Positions 18,913 through 29,533 are shown, counted from the stretch's first letter. The stretch: DNA of 64,000 nt from Candidatus Latescibacterota bacterium (GCA_965204745.1 OZ242010.1:1984001-2048000), one strand, 5' to 3'. The notes: generated from the sequence alone by a model not told the origin. Made by a program: numbers and translations.

Positions 18913-20541
18913 ATGTCCGATTTACTTTTTGAATGGAATTTTTTGGCGATTTGGCTGTTTGTTATGGGCCTAGTTTTTTTATTGGGTCTTCGGTTATGGA
19001 TAAAAATGATGCTCGAGATGAACAAATCGAGAAAAGCACTTGAAGATTTGAGGCGTTGGAGCAGAAGATATCCAGAATTTAGTGCGGGCATATACCACGA
19101 CAGGGAAGCAGCGGAGATCTCGGATCCCACTCTAAATCGCAAGACGCAGAGATGGTTGAAGCAGTTTTGGGCAGGGCATCGGCAAAATAAACCCCCAGTT
19201 GTCGATGAGGTGATCCAAAAGGAAGAAGACCATCTTTGTAGCGAGGATGATAAGTTCCGCACGATAAGCGGCAGTTTGATCATCTTGGGGCTTCTCGGGA
19301 CTTTCGTTGGACTTTATCAGGTCATTCTGCCGATACAGAGCATTATCCAAAATACGAAGGATAGTGCCACGATTACAGACCCGGCGGTAGCCGCACAGAG
19401 CATGACAGAAATGCTGAAAGACATCGGTGGGTCGCTTTCGGGGATGGAGTTTGCCTTTGTAACCAGTATTGGCGGGTTAGGTTGTATGCTTGTATTGAAT
19501 TGGATTTTTTCACGTTTCAGCAAGAAAAGGTTTGAACTGATCGATGAGTTGGAAACGTGTTGCAATGAAGAGATCGCGCCGAGGTTCAGATTGTTTTTGC
19601 CAGAGACACAGTTGGAGGAGGCGGTCAATAGAGCTTTCAGGTCTCTTGCAGATAGGCATTCGGAATTTATGGCGGGTCAGGAAGACTATATCAGAACCGC
19701 ACTCGAAGCGCATTTTGAGAAAGTATTGGCTTATCTCGAACCGCTTTTTCAAACGCTTAAAAATACGAGCGATACGTTCAACGCGGCGAGTGCTTCCAGC
19801 CATCGGACGAGTGAAAAGTGGCAGAAGACGCTCGATGATTTTGCCGAGCTGCACGCTAAATTTATGGCGACACAAAAAGAAAATCTCGAGACCGCGCTCA
19901 AGCCGCTTTTGCAAACCCTCAACAGTGCCAGCGATACCCTCGACAAGGCGACCGAGGATTGGAGCGAAACGTTCTCGCGGGGGGCCGAAGCGGTGCGCGA
20001 GTCAGGCGAGAATTTTGTAAAACACATCTCGAATTTCACCAAACTCAGCGAACCGCTGGAGGAGTTGAAAGCCGCGGTTGAAAAAATGGTTGAAGACTTT
20101 GATGGGCGGATCGAGGCTCTGGCACTGACGATGGGAGAAACCTATCAGGTGCTTCAAAAGCTCAACCCGGATGAACCCATGTATCAGCCCGTTTTTGAAA
20201 ATATAAAGGCGCGATTAGATGCCATTCACAGCACGGAACAAGCCCTTTTGAAGTTCCAGCAGGTGTCGGATGACGAAGCCGAGACAGGGATAGATGAAAA
20301 GGTCGAGGCTTTGCTCAAGGGCCTGTCGGGCGTTGAAAGTGCCATAGAGAATTTGAAGGAGACACTGGTGAAGAATTTGACCGTTGTCGATCAAACGCTG
20401 AATGATTTTCCCGAAGTTCTGCGCCAGCAAAAGCGGATTATCGGGTTGTTGACGAATATGGATGTCGCGGATCGTCCAAACAGGGTTAAGCGTTTGGCCG
20501 GTAAAGTGAAGGATTTTTTTAACCGACTTTATCTCGGGTAG
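18913..20541 (+). CDS. MotA/TolQ/ExbB-family (ZorA-like) membrane protein with long helical tail
   Basis: Three TM segments incl. ILGLLGTFVGL and GMEFAFVTSIGG; ~330-aa helical C-terminal tail. Confidence 0.85.
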   Translation: MSDLLFEWNFLAIWLFVMGLVFLLGLRLWIKMMLEMNKSRKALEDLRRWSRRYPEFSAGIYHDREAAEISDPTLNRKTQRWLKQFWAGHRQNKPPVVDEVIQKEEDHLCSEDDKFRTISGSLIILGLLGTFVGLYQVILPIQSIIQNTKDSATITDPAVAAQSMTEMLKDIGGSLSGMEFAFVTSIGGLGCMLVLNWIFSRFSKKRFELIDELETCCNEEIAPRFRLFLPETQLEEAVNRAFRSLADRHSEFMAGQEDYIRTALEAHFEKVLAYLEPLFQTLKNTSDTFNAASASSHRTSEKWQKTLDDFAELHAKFMATQKENLETALKPLLQTLNSASDTLDKATEDWSETFSRGAEAVRESGENFVKHISNFTKLSEPLEELKAAVEKMVEDFDGRIEALALTMGETYQVLQKLNPDEPMYQPVFENIKARLDAIHSTEQALLKFQQVSDDEAETGIDEKVEALLKGLSGVESAIENLKETLVKNLTVVDQTLNDFPEVLRQQKRIIGLLTNMDVADRPNRVKRLAGKVKDFFNRLYLG

Positions 20542-20547
20542 GTGGCG

Positions 20548-20715
20548 ATGAAAAGAAACCGAACCCGTAGGGATACCTCGCTGAATGTATGGCCGTCTTT
20601 TACGGATCTGATTACGTCTATTTTTATTTTTGCGATGTTTTTGCTCATTTTGATGGTCGTGCAAAACTATATCAGTTTGGTGCAGTTGAGCTACCATCGC
20701 ATTGTCGGCAGTTAA
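20548..20715 (+). CDS. MotB/ZorB-like peptide (55 aa; TM segment only, no OmpA domain); may be a truncated gene
   Basis: Not in ORF track; my translation MKRNRTRRDTSLNVWPSFTDLITSIFIFAMFLLILMVVQNYISLVQLSYHRIVGS*; WxxFxD motif plus TM, 6 nt after the MotA-like stop. Confidence 0.75.
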   Translation: MKRNRTRRDTSLNVWPSFTDLITSIFIFAMFLLILMVVQNYISLVQLSYHRIVGS

Positions 20716-20730
20716 ATTGAGGAGGATCAA

Positions 20731-21549
20731 ATGAACCGATTGACCAAAACGATGCGGCAGCAGTGGCACGAGCAGGGGTATTTGCATTTGAAAAATGTGA
20801 TTCCCAAAGCCGAAGCCGCGGCCTATCTCCACGCGGCCAACGACGTGATCGCGCAGTACGAAGCGGAAAATCCCGATGTGCGGGAGAAGGGGGTTTATAC
20901 GATCATTCAAACCCTTTTCCGAACGACCGGGATCGATGGGTTGATGGATCACCCCAATTTGTTCGGCATCATTCTCGATCTGATGGGGCCGTATCTCCAG
21001 ATTATGGGATCGCAGATTTACGTGCGCTATCCCAGCGACAAGGCCGATAATTTGCTCGGCTGGCACACCGATGCCGGGCGGTCATTGGCGCAAATTCGGG
21101 TCGCGCCGGACAGCTTGCCGCTGAATTTCAAAATCCAGTTTTTCCTGACCGATATTCCCCTGGAAAATCGCGCCAATTTCTGCTTGGTGCCCGGTAGCCA
21201 TCGCCGGACCTTGCCTAAGTTGCAACGCGATGAAACGCCGCTGGGCGCGATCCAACTGATCGCCGAAGCCGGCGATTGCGCGATTTTTCCAAATACGATG
21301 TGGCACGCGGTCGCGCCCAATCACTCGGATGTGGTGCGGCGCAGCATCACGTTTCGGTACGGGCAGATGTGGTGCCGGCCTTATGATTACGAGACGTGCC
21401 CTGATGAGGTGCTAGCGCGCATGACGCCCCGCCGCCGGCGGTTGATGGGCGACATGGGCGCGCATTACACGCCGACCGATTATTTCAAGCCGCGCGATCA
21501 GATCGAGGTGATCACGGATGGCTTGGATTTTGAATGCCCCCACGTTTAA
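20731..21549 (+). CDS. phytanoyl-CoA dioxygenase (PhyH) family Fe(II)/2OG oxygenase
   Basis: QGYLHLKNVI, WHTD, VPGSH, WHAV..N...RR motifs; GGAGG RBS. Confidence 0.9.
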   Translation: MNRLTKTMRQQWHEQGYLHLKNVIPKAEAAAYLHAANDVIAQYEAENPDVREKGVYTIIQTLFRTTGIDGLMDHPNLFGIILDLMGPYLQIMGSQIYVRYPSDKADNLLGWHTDAGRSLAQIRVAPDSLPLNFKIQFFLTDIPLENRANFCLVPGSHRRTLPKLQRDETPLGAIQLIAEAGDCAIFPNTMWHAVAPNHSDVVRRSITFRYGQMWCRPYDYETCPDEVLARMTPRRRRLMGDMGAHYTPTDYFKPRDQIEVITDGLDFECPHV

Positions 21550-21827
21550 GCGCGAATGTTGTGTCGAGGAGGTAAGAGGTGAGATGAGAGACGGGAGAAG
21601 GCCGCCCAACCCCTAGGCCCCAATGCGGTCAGCCTTACCGTCATTTTGGCGAAAGCCTACGCCTGTATGCTTAAAGCAGGAGGCGGAACCAGTGATTTTT
21701 GTTTTTTGTGGCGTGGAACTGGCGGGTTGTCTCGCTTTCACCTCTTGCCTCTTAAACCTTGACAATATTTCGCCTTCCCGTTACTTTTGCTTTCGCACAT
21801 CACAATCGCAGGCACGGATCGAGACCC

Positions 21828-23120
21828 ATGGCACAGTTGATTCAAAAAGTAAAAGGCACGCGGGATTTTTACCCCGAAGATTGGGCCTATCAGAAATGGC
21901 TTTGCGAGAAGTTTATCGGGGTGGGCAATTTGTTTGGCTATCGGGAATACGAGAGCGCGATTCTCGAATACATGGCCCTCTACTTGGGCAAGAGCAGCGA
22001 GGAAATCGTCACGCAACAGACATTTACCCTGTCCGATAGAGACGACAAACAACTCGTCATGCGGCCCGAACTCACGCCCACACTCGCGCGCATGGTCGCG
22101 CAAAAAGAAGGCGAACTCACCTTCCCCATCCGCTGGCAATCCTATGGCCGGTTCTTTCGGTACGAGCGCCCGCAGCGCGGTCGGGGGCGTTCGTTTTTCC
22201 AGTGGAACATCGACGCGCTCGGCAGCGACAGCTACTTGGCCGATGCCGAAATCATCGCCATTGCTTGCACCCTGTTCAAACACCTCGGCCTCGGCCCGGA
22301 ACACGCGACCATCCGCGTCAATGACCGGGAGGGCATGGAGGGTTTGATCGCCAAAACACTGGCCTTGTCGCCCGACGACATCCGCCCGGTTTTTGCGGCT
22401 GTCGACCGCATCGACAAAATGCCCGAGGAAAAATTTCGCGCCTATCTGACCGGTGATTTGGGCTTGTGTACGGGTCAAATTGACGCTCTGTACGACCTGC
22501 TCCACACCGCAGACCTGGGGTTCTCTCCGTGGCTTGCGCGCATTTTTGAGCACCTCGACAAAGCCGGCGTGAGCGAGTTTGTGGAACTCGACCTCAAAAT
22601 CGTGCGCGGGTTTGACTACTACACGCGCACGGTCTTTGAAGCGTGGGCGAAAACCTCGTTGCGCCGCGCACTATTTGGCGGCGGGCGGTACGACAATCTC
22701 ACCCGCCAAGTGGGGGGCAAACGCGAAATCCCGGGCGTGGGATTTGCCGTTGGCGACATGGCAATCGCGGAATTGCTAAAAGAAATTGACGCCTATCCCC
22801 GCATCGAAACCCCCAGCGCGTGCGTCTTTGTCGCGGTATTTTCAGAAGACCTGCTCGCGCAATCCTCTGCTTTTGCGGACCGCCTGCGCCGTGCCGGAAT
22901 TGCGACAGAACTGCATCTCGCACCGGGCCAGCGTCTCGACCGGCAATTCAGGTACGCGGACCGGCAAGGTATTCCCTTTGCCGCGGTGATTGGCCCAGCC
23001 GAGGCGGCTACAAGTACCGTCGTGCTCAAAGACCTCAAAAATCGCGCCCAACGGGTCTTTCCCAACGATGACCTATCCGCGATAAAAACAGCCCTGAAAA
23101 ACGGGATTCCCAAAACGTAG
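21828..23120 (+). CDS. hisS: histidine--tRNA ligase
   Basis: KGTRDF, RPELT, FRYERPQRGR, RGFDYYT, GGGRYD. Confidence 0.97.
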   Translation: MAQLIQKVKGTRDFYPEDWAYQKWLCEKFIGVGNLFGYREYESAILEYMALYLGKSSEEIVTQQTFTLSDRDDKQLVMRPELTPTLARMVAQKEGELTFPIRWQSYGRFFRYERPQRGRGRSFFQWNIDALGSDSYLADAEIIAIACTLFKHLGLGPEHATIRVNDREGMEGLIAKTLALSPDDIRPVFAAVDRIDKMPEEKFRAYLTGDLGLCTGQIDALYDLLHTADLGFSPWLARIFEHLDKAGVSEFVELDLKIVRGFDYYTRTVFEAWAKTSLRRALFGGGRYDNLTRQVGGKREIPGVGFAVGDMAIAELLKEIDAYPRIETPSACVFVAVFSEDLLAQSSAFADRLRRAGIATELHLAPGQRLDRQFRYADRQGIPFAAVIGPAEAATSTVVLKDLKNRAQRVFPNDDLSAIKTALKNGIPKT

Positions 23121-23129
23121 GAGACCGCC

Positions 23130-24905
23130 ATGCCAGAGTCGCTCGGCGATTGGAAACGCACGCACAACTGCGGCGAATTGCGTATTGAAAACGTAGGCGA
23201 GGAAGTTTGCCTGATGGGGTGGGTCGGCAAAAGGCGCGACCACGGCGGGGTGATTTTCGTGGATCTGCGCGACCGCTATGGCATCACGCAGGTGGTCTTT
23301 CGCCCGGACCTCGAAGCGGATACCCACGCCATAGCCGAGGGGATTCGCAACGAATACGTCTTGGCCGTGCAAGGCCGGGTCGAACCCCGCCCGGAGGGCA
23401 TGGCAAATCCCAACTTGCCCACCGGCGCCATTGACGTGGAATGTTCGGACCTGCGCCTGCTCAACGCATCGGACACGCCGCCCTTTGCCATTGAACCGGA
23501 CATCGAGGTCAACGAGGAACTGCGCCTGCGCTATCGCTACTTGGATTTGCGCCGCCCGGACATGCAACAGGCCCTGGCCTTGAGACACCGCGCCGCACAG
23601 GAGACGCGCCGATATTTGACCGCGCAGGGCTTTCTCGAAATCGAAACGCCCTTTCTCATGAAGAGCACACCCGAAGGCGCGCGGGATTACCTCGTGCCCT
23701 CGCGCGTGCAACGAGGCCATTTTTACGCCCTGCCCCAATCGCCGCAGACCTACAAACAGTTGCTCATGATCGCGGGCTGTGATCGCTATTTTCAAATCGT
23801 GCGCTGTTTTCGGGACGAAGACTTGCGCGGGGACCGGCAGCCCGAGTTCACGCAAATCGACATTGAAATGGCATTCGTCGCAGAAGGCGATGTGATGCGT
23901 CTTTCAGAAGGGCTTGCGCGGCACTTGTTCGCGCACGTCATCGGGGTTGACATTCCCGCGCCCGTCCCGCAAATCACCTATCGAGAGGCGATAGACCGCT
24001 TTGGCACGGACCGCCCAGACACGCGCTTTGCCCTGGAAATCGTGGATATTTCAGCCGCGGCGCACGCTTCGGAATTTCAGGTCTTCAAATCCGTGCTCGG
24101 TTCCGGGGGGCAGGTCCGCGGCATCAATGCCAAGGGATGCGCGACCTACTCGCGCAAGCAAATCGACGACCTCACGGCGTTTGTGGCACAACACGGCGCG
24201 CGCGGGCTCGCGTGGATCAAAGTGACCGACGAGGGCCTCGAATCGTCTATCGTCAAATTCTTCCCGGCTCGAGCGCGACAGCTACTCAGATCCGCACTCC
24301 ACGCACAACCTGGGGACCTGCTCTTATTCGTCGCGGATCAACCCGCAACTGTCGCGACCGCGCTGGGCAACCTGCGCTTGGAACTCGCGCGGCAACAAGA
24401 CCTGATGAAGGCCGACGATTTCAGTTTCTTGTGGGTGACGCAATTCCCGCTACTCGAATTTGACGACGGGGAAAAACGCTATGTCGCCTGCCATCATCCC
24501 TTTACGTCGCCGATGGAAGCGGATCTCCACGCGCTCGAGACGGCCCCCGGCGACGTTCGCGCACGCGCGTATGACCTCGTTCTCAACGGCAATGAGATCG
24601 CCGGCGGCAGCATCCGTATCCACCACCGGGAAACCCAAGAGCGCGTGTTTCGCATGTTGGGCATCTCGGAACGCGAAGCACGGGAAAAATTCGGCTTTTT
24701 GCTCGACGCGTTCCGCTATGGCGCGCCCCCTCATGGCGGCATCGCGTTTGGCTACGACCGCCTGATCGCCCTGATGGCGGGCAAAGCATTCATCCGAGAT
24801 GTCATTCCATTTCCCAAAACCAATACCGCGGCCTCGCTCATGGACGGGGCGCCATCCACAGCGGACCCGGCCCAACTGCGCGAACTCGGGTTGCGCGTGT
24901 TGTGA
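23130..24905 (+). CDS. aspS: aspartate--tRNA ligase
   Basis: RTHNCGELR, RDHGG, STPEGARDYLVP, LPQSPQ, CFRDEDLR, PPHGGIAFG. Confidence 0.98.
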   Translation: MPESLGDWKRTHNCGELRIENVGEEVCLMGWVGKRRDHGGVIFVDLRDRYGITQVVFRPDLEADTHAIAEGIRNEYVLAVQGRVEPRPEGMANPNLPTGAIDVECSDLRLLNASDTPPFAIEPDIEVNEELRLRYRYLDLRRPDMQQALALRHRAAQETRRYLTAQGFLEIETPFLMKSTPEGARDYLVPSRVQRGHFYALPQSPQTYKQLLMIAGCDRYFQIVRCFRDEDLRGDRQPEFTQIDIEMAFVAEGDVMRLSEGLARHLFAHVIGVDIPAPVPQITYREAIDRFGTDRPDTRFALEIVDISAAAHASEFQVFKSVLGSGGQVRGINAKGCATYSRKQIDDLTAFVAQHGARGLAWIKVTDEGLESSIVKFFPARARQLLRSALHAQPGDLLLFVADQPATVATALGNLRLELARQQDLMKADDFSFLWVTQFPLLEFDDGEKRYVACHHPFTSPMEADLHALETAPGDVRARAYDLVLNGNEIAGGSIRIHHRETQERVFRMLGISEREAREKFGFLLDAFRYGAPPHGGIAFGYDRLIALMAGKAFIRDVIPFPKTNTAASLMDGAPSTADPAQLRELGLRVL

Positions 24906-25062
24906 TCGCTTGGTGCGATAGCGTTTATCCACAAAACTTTTTCTTGACTTTCTGTATTTTATGTAGTAAGTTCTGCAAGTTGTTATGGAAAAAAATTATT
25001 TTTTGATAACTTCTAAAAATTTAACATAGTTAGTCAATATCTCACGAGGAGGGTATCGGGTT

Positions 25063-25326
25063 ATGACAATGCGTGGCATCACAAAAAAAGCGGCGGGTTG
25101 TGGTTTGGTGCTCGTGCTGTTCGCAGGATGTTGCACGCCAATGGCGTCAAGAGCACAACTCCAAATGCTCGAACAAACGCGCAGAGCCGCTGAATCAGCA
25201 GAGGCCGACCTCGAAGCCTGTAAGCAACGCCGGGCCGAGTTGGAGCGCCAGTTGGCAGAGAAAAAACAGGTCATGGCCGAGTGGCAAAATATCCTGGGCC
25301 AGTGCCAACAGGCCATGAGCCAATAA
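25063..25326 (+). CDS. small coiled-coil lipoprotein
   Basis: Basic N-terminus, hydrophobic stretch, lipobox LFAGC; GAGGAGG upstream. Confidence 0.7.
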   Translation: MTMRGITKKAAGCGLVLVLFAGCCTPMASRAQLQMLEQTRRAAESAEADLEACKQRRAELERQLAEKKQVMAEWQNILGQCQQAMSQ

Positions 25327-25346
25327 TGTGGAAAGGAGTTGTTCGT

Positions 25347-26189
25347 ATGACAGTTTTGAAACGTTTCGGCGGGTTGATCGTCTGTTGTGCATGTGCCCTT
25401 TTCGCCTTGCCCCAGCAGGGCATTGCCCAGATGGAAATGACCTACGACGAATACAAGATGAGACTCACCGAATACGAGACGCGGATCGCAGACCTCAAAC
25501 AGTCTTTGACCGAATGCCAAATGGCGAACAAGGGGCTCTCCGACGAGATTTCGGGTTTGGATACGCAGATCAGCGACCTCAAACAGCAAGTCTATGCGCT
25601 CGTCGAATCTGACGAAGCGGGGATCGATGCCTTTATCCAAGAACTCGGTCGCGTCGAAGGTCGCCTCATGGGGTTGCGCGAGCTTTCAGAAGATGCCCTT
25701 TTCGATGTCGTAGATGAAGTTGACCAAATCGAGGCCCGCATACCCGAACTCAAAGCGGACAAGCGGTCTTGTCTCCCAGATGCACAGACCAAATTGGCCA
25801 GCATCGATCAATTGCTCGAACAGGTTAAAGCGCGCATGCCGCGCAAGCGCATTCGGCAATACTCGGTCCTCAGTGGGGATAGCCTTTGGAGAATCGCCAA
25901 GAAGGACGACATTTACGGCGACCCCTATCACTGGCCTCGCATCTACGTTGAAAACCGAGAGAAAATCAAGAACCCCGATATGATTTATCCCCAATGGGTT
26001 CTCAACATCCCCTTTGGCGTGGATCTGCACCAGCATTTGGTGATGCGCGGCGAACACCTCTCGTCCATTGCCGGCAAGGTGTATGACGATGTCACCAAAT
26101 GGAATCGGATCTATCAGGCCAACAAATCGCAAATTCTGGATCCCAGCCTGATTTTCCCGGCTCAGGTTCTCGACGTTCCCTCAAACTGA
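25347..26189 (+). CDS. secreted coiled-coil protein with two LysM domains
   Basis: Signal peptide; YSVLSGDSLWRIA...WPRIY..N...I.NP..IYP and a second LysM repeat. Confidence 0.9.
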   Translation: MTVLKRFGGLIVCCACALFALPQQGIAQMEMTYDEYKMRLTEYETRIADLKQSLTECQMANKGLSDEISGLDTQISDLKQQVYALVESDEAGIDAFIQELGRVEGRLMGLRELSEDALFDVVDEVDQIEARIPELKADKRSCLPDAQTKLASIDQLLEQVKARMPRKRIRQYSVLSGDSLWRIAKKDDIYGDPYHWPRIYVENREKIKNPDMIYPQWVLNIPFGVDLHQHLVMRGEHLSSIAGKVYDDVTKWNRIYQANKSQILDPSLIFPAQVLDVPSN

Positions 26190-26288
26190 CCTCACCCTTT
26201 TCGATCCCAGAATTTTGGATCTTTCATAAGTTCCATGGAAGGTTCATCTATCAACCTCTAAATATGAGCTCTCGTTCCCGCAGTCCGT

Positions 26289-27293
26289 TTGGGAACGAGA
26301 GTTTTCTTTTATCAAGTGGAAACCAAAGAACTCACCCATAAATTGTCTTTGCGCGGCGTGGATTTGCTGTCCCTCTACGGTCACAACGACGCGAATTTGC
26401 TCGCCCTTGAAAACCGCTATGGCGTGCATTTGCTCGCACGGGGCGATTACCTCAATGTGCAAGGCCCTCGCCACAAAGTTCAGCACGTCTCCGGGCTGTT
26501 GGAGGAAATGATTTCATGCCTCCGGCGCGGGGATCAGTTCGACCCTTTGCACTTGCTCGCGCCGCCACGGGAAACCCACGAGTCCGAAATTGGCGACTAC
26601 GCGAGAACCATTCTCGCCACGCCTAAAATCCTCATTCGGCCCCGGTCGCAAACGCAGGTCGCCTACGCCGCAGCTATCGAAAACCACGACATCGTCTTTG
26701 GCATTGGGCCGGCCGGCACGGGCAAAACCTATCTGGCAGTCGCCGCAGCGGTTGCCGCACTCAAAAGCAAACGCATTTCCCGCATCATCCTCACGCGCCC
26801 GGCCGTAGAAGCCGGCGAAACCCTGGGGTTTCTGCCGGGGGATATTCAGGACAAAGTCGATCCCTACTTGCGCCCGCTCTACGACGCCCTGCGCGACATG
26901 TTGCCGGATACGCAGTTGCAACATCTGATGGAAATGCACACCCTCGAAATCGCGCCGCTCGCATTTATGCGGGGCCGCACCCTGAACAACGCCTTTGTCA
27001 TTTTGGACGAGGCCCAGAATACCACCATCAACCAGATGAAGATGTTTCTCACCCGGTTGGGCAACGATGCCAAGGCCGTGATTACGGGCGATATCACGCA
27101 AATCGACCTGCCGCCGGGCATTGCGTCTGGGCTCGTGCATGTGCAACACATCTTGTCCCATATCGAAGCCATTAAATTCGTCACTTTTTCAGAGCGCGAT
27201 GTCGTGCGGCACGCCTTGGTGCAACAGATCATAACGGCTTACGAGCAGAGCGAACCCCGCCATGAACCCGATGCCGATGAGGCAGAGCCATGA
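26289..27293 (+). CDS. phoH: PhoH-family ATPase
   Basis: [34 protein letters not shown]; probable start GTG 26316. Confidence 0.95.
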   Translation: MGTRVFFYQVETKELTHKLSLRGVDLLSLYGHNDANLLALENRYGVHLLARGDYLNVQGPRHKVQHVSGLLEEMISCLRRGDQFDPLHLLAPPRETHESEIGDYARTILATPKILIRPRSQTQVAYAAAIENHDIVFGIGPAGTGKTYLAVAAAVAALKSKRISRIILTRPAVEAGETLGFLPGDIQDKVDPYLRPLYDALRDMLPDTQLQHLMEMHTLEIAPLAFMRGRTLNNAFVILDEAQNTTINQMKMFLTRLGNDAKAVITGDITQIDLPPGIASGLVHVQHILSHIEAIKFVTFSERDVVRHALVQQIITAYEQSEPRHEPDADEAEP

Positions 27294-29533
27294 TGGTTTT
27301 TAGAAGACGGAGACGCAACCGCAAGCGTCAGCCGATCCGGTGGAAACAGCGCGGGCGACAAGTCCTCCGCGTGGCATTGGTGTTCGCCCTCTTGGGGGTG
27401 CTGACCGTCTTGTTTCCCACGCAACAGCAGCACGAATACAGCGCGTTCCGCGAAGGGGCGATTGCGCCGGACGAAGTCATCGCCCCCACGACATTCCCGG
27501 TGCATAAAAGCGCGGCAACATACCAAAGCGAAGTGGAAACGGCCCGCCGCCAGGTTTTGCCGATCTTGCGATACGACGACGCGGTGCAGCAGAACATGCA
27601 GAAGGCCCTATCGACATTTTTGCGCGACACGGAAAAACACCGGGGCCAAACCCTGACCGATTCGCTCTCAAACGCGTTGCACCTTTCGCATCCGGAGATC
27701 GGCCCTCTGTCGGAATCCACCTTGCAATTTCTCGTGCCGCAGTCCCGCCGCCGGTCGCCCGCGCGCCGCAAGTTGATCGCCACAGTCGATAGCATGCTTC
27801 AAAGCACGTACCAAAACGGGGTGATCGACCAAAAACTCACTATTGCCGAAGAGGGCTACGACGAGGTTATCCTGCTGAAAAACAAAGCCGACCAGCGCGT
27901 CGTTCTCGAAACAGTCGTGGATATGGAAAGCGTGACCTCTGCCCTTCAACAGACCATTGAACAACACTTGCCAGATGCCGGGGATACCGAACTGCGCGCG
28001 GGCAGCGAACTGGTCTTGGCGTACTTGGCCCCCAACATCGTCTATGACGTCGACGAAACCCAGAAGCGCGGGCAGGACGCCGCAGACCATATCTCCCTCG
28101 CCAAGGGCACTGTGCTCCAAGGCGAGCGCATTATCGACAAGCACGACCGTGTGACCGCTGACCACATCGACAAACTCAGGTCATTGGCCGAACAACTCGA
28201 TCAACGCCGCGGCGAAGACCCATTCGTCAACCTGATCCAACGCGGCGCGAGCTTGGTGCTTTGCGCCTTGGTGCTGACGACGTTTTTTGTGTTTCTAAAA
28301 TTTTACCGCCCCACGCTGTACGGCCCGTCCAAGAACATCGTCCTGTTCGGCATTCTCATTTTGTTCCCCACTGCCATCGCCGATTACGCGGCCCAAAGCC
28401 AAGCCATCTCCCCGTTTCTCGTTCCGGTCGCGCTGTCGGCCATGCTGGCAACCGTGCTGTTCGACGCTGTCGTGGGCATGGTGATCACCCTGGTCATTAC
28501 CACGCTTTGCGCCAGCATTTTGGGCGATCTCCAATACGGGATCGTGTTTCTCATCACCGGGATTATCGGCGCGTTTTCGGTTCACCAAGTGCGGCATCGC
28601 AGGGATTTTTACCTGCCCGGCCTGTATCTCATCGCAACCTATACCCTGACCATTAGCGCGGCGGTCGGCCTGCGTTTCACCTATGCCAACACCGCCGAGT
28701 TTTGGTCGGAAATCAGTTGGCATCTGCTTTGGGGGGGCGTCTCTGCCTTTGTTTCTCTCATCCTGACTATCGGCTTGTTGCCCCTGTTCGAGAGCGTTTT
28801 CAACATCGTCACGTCCATAACCTTGCTCGAGTTGGCGGACCTCAACCGGCCGTTGCTCCGCAATTTAGCCATTCGCGCGCCCGGCACGTTTAGCCACAGC
28901 ATCAACATGGCGAACATCTCGGAATCCGCGGCCACGGCCATCGGCGCGGACCCCCTGTTTGTGCGCGTGGGGTGCTATTATCACGACATTGGCAAAATGC
29001 GCCGCCCGCATTATTTTATCGAAAACCAGCAGGGCATCAATCCCCACGATGGGTTGCAGCCGCGCATCAGCGCGCTCATTCTCATGGCGCACGTCAAGGA
29101 TGGCATCGAATTGGCAAAAGAGGAAGGGTTGCCCACGGCGATCATCGATCTCATCCCACAGCACCACGGGACTTCGGAGATGACTTCGTTCAAGCATCAG
29201 GCGCAACTGATGGGAGATCGAGCGGTGCGGGATGCGGACTTTCACTATCCCGGCCCCAGGCCGCAGACCAAAGAAGCGGGCATTATCAACCTCGCAGACG
29301 CGGTTGAATCCGCCACGCGGTCTTTGCCCAACAGCGACCCAAACGAGATCGGAAAGCTCGTTCAAACCATCGTCAAAGGCCGGTACGACGCCGGGGAATT
29401 GGACGAGTGCGATCTCACCTTGCGCGACCTGACCCGAATCCAAGAAGCCTTTTTGCCGGTATTGCGGGCTTCGCAGCACCAGCGCGTGCCCTACCCGTGG
29501 CAGACGCAACAACGAGAACGCACAACCCGATGA
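27290..29533 (+). CDS. 7TM-HD (HDIG) phosphohydrolase, PgpH-like
   Basis: Extracellular domain, multiple TMs, APGTFSHS, YHDIGK..RP.YFIENQ, QHHGT. Confidence 0.93.
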   Translation: MMVFRRRRRNRKRQPIRWKQRGRQVLRVALVFALLGVLTVLFPTQQQHEYSAFREGAIAPDEVIAPTTFPVHKSAATYQSEVETARRQVLPILRYDDAVQQNMQKALSTFLRDTEKHRGQTLTDSLSNALHLSHPEIGPLSESTLQFLVPQSRRRSPARRKLIATVDSMLQSTYQNGVIDQKLTIAEEGYDEVILLKNKADQRVVLETVVDMESVTSALQQTIEQHLPDAGDTELRAGSELVLAYLAPNIVYDVDETQKRGQDAADHISLAKGTVLQGERIIDKHDRVTADHIDKLRSLAEQLDQRRGEDPFVNLIQRGASLVLCALVLTTFFVFLKFYRPTLYGPSKNIVLFGILILFPTAIADYAAQSQAISPFLVPVALSAMLATVLFDAVVGMVITLVITTLCASILGDLQYGIVFLITGIIGAFSVHQVRHRRDFYLPGLYLIATYTLTISAAVGLRFTYANTAEFWSEISWHLLWGGVSAFVSLILTIGLLPLFESVFNIVTSITLLELADLNRPLLRNLAIRAPGTFSHSINMANISESAATAIGADPLFVRVGCYYHDIGKMRRPHYFIENQQGINPHDGLQPRISALILMAHVKDGIELAKEEGLPTAIIDLIPQHHGTSEMTSFKHQAQLMGDRAVRDADFHYPGPRPQTKEAGIINLADAVESATRSLPNSDPNEIGKLVQTIVKGRYDAGELDECDLTLRDLTRIQEAFLPVLRASQHQRVPYPWQTQQRERTTR

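Noticed and set aside
18913-20715. Canonical Zorya, flagellar MotAB or ExbBD call
   Set aside because: No ZorC/D/E, flagellar or TonB genes adjacent, and the B subunit lacks its periplasmic domain; reported only as ZorAB-like
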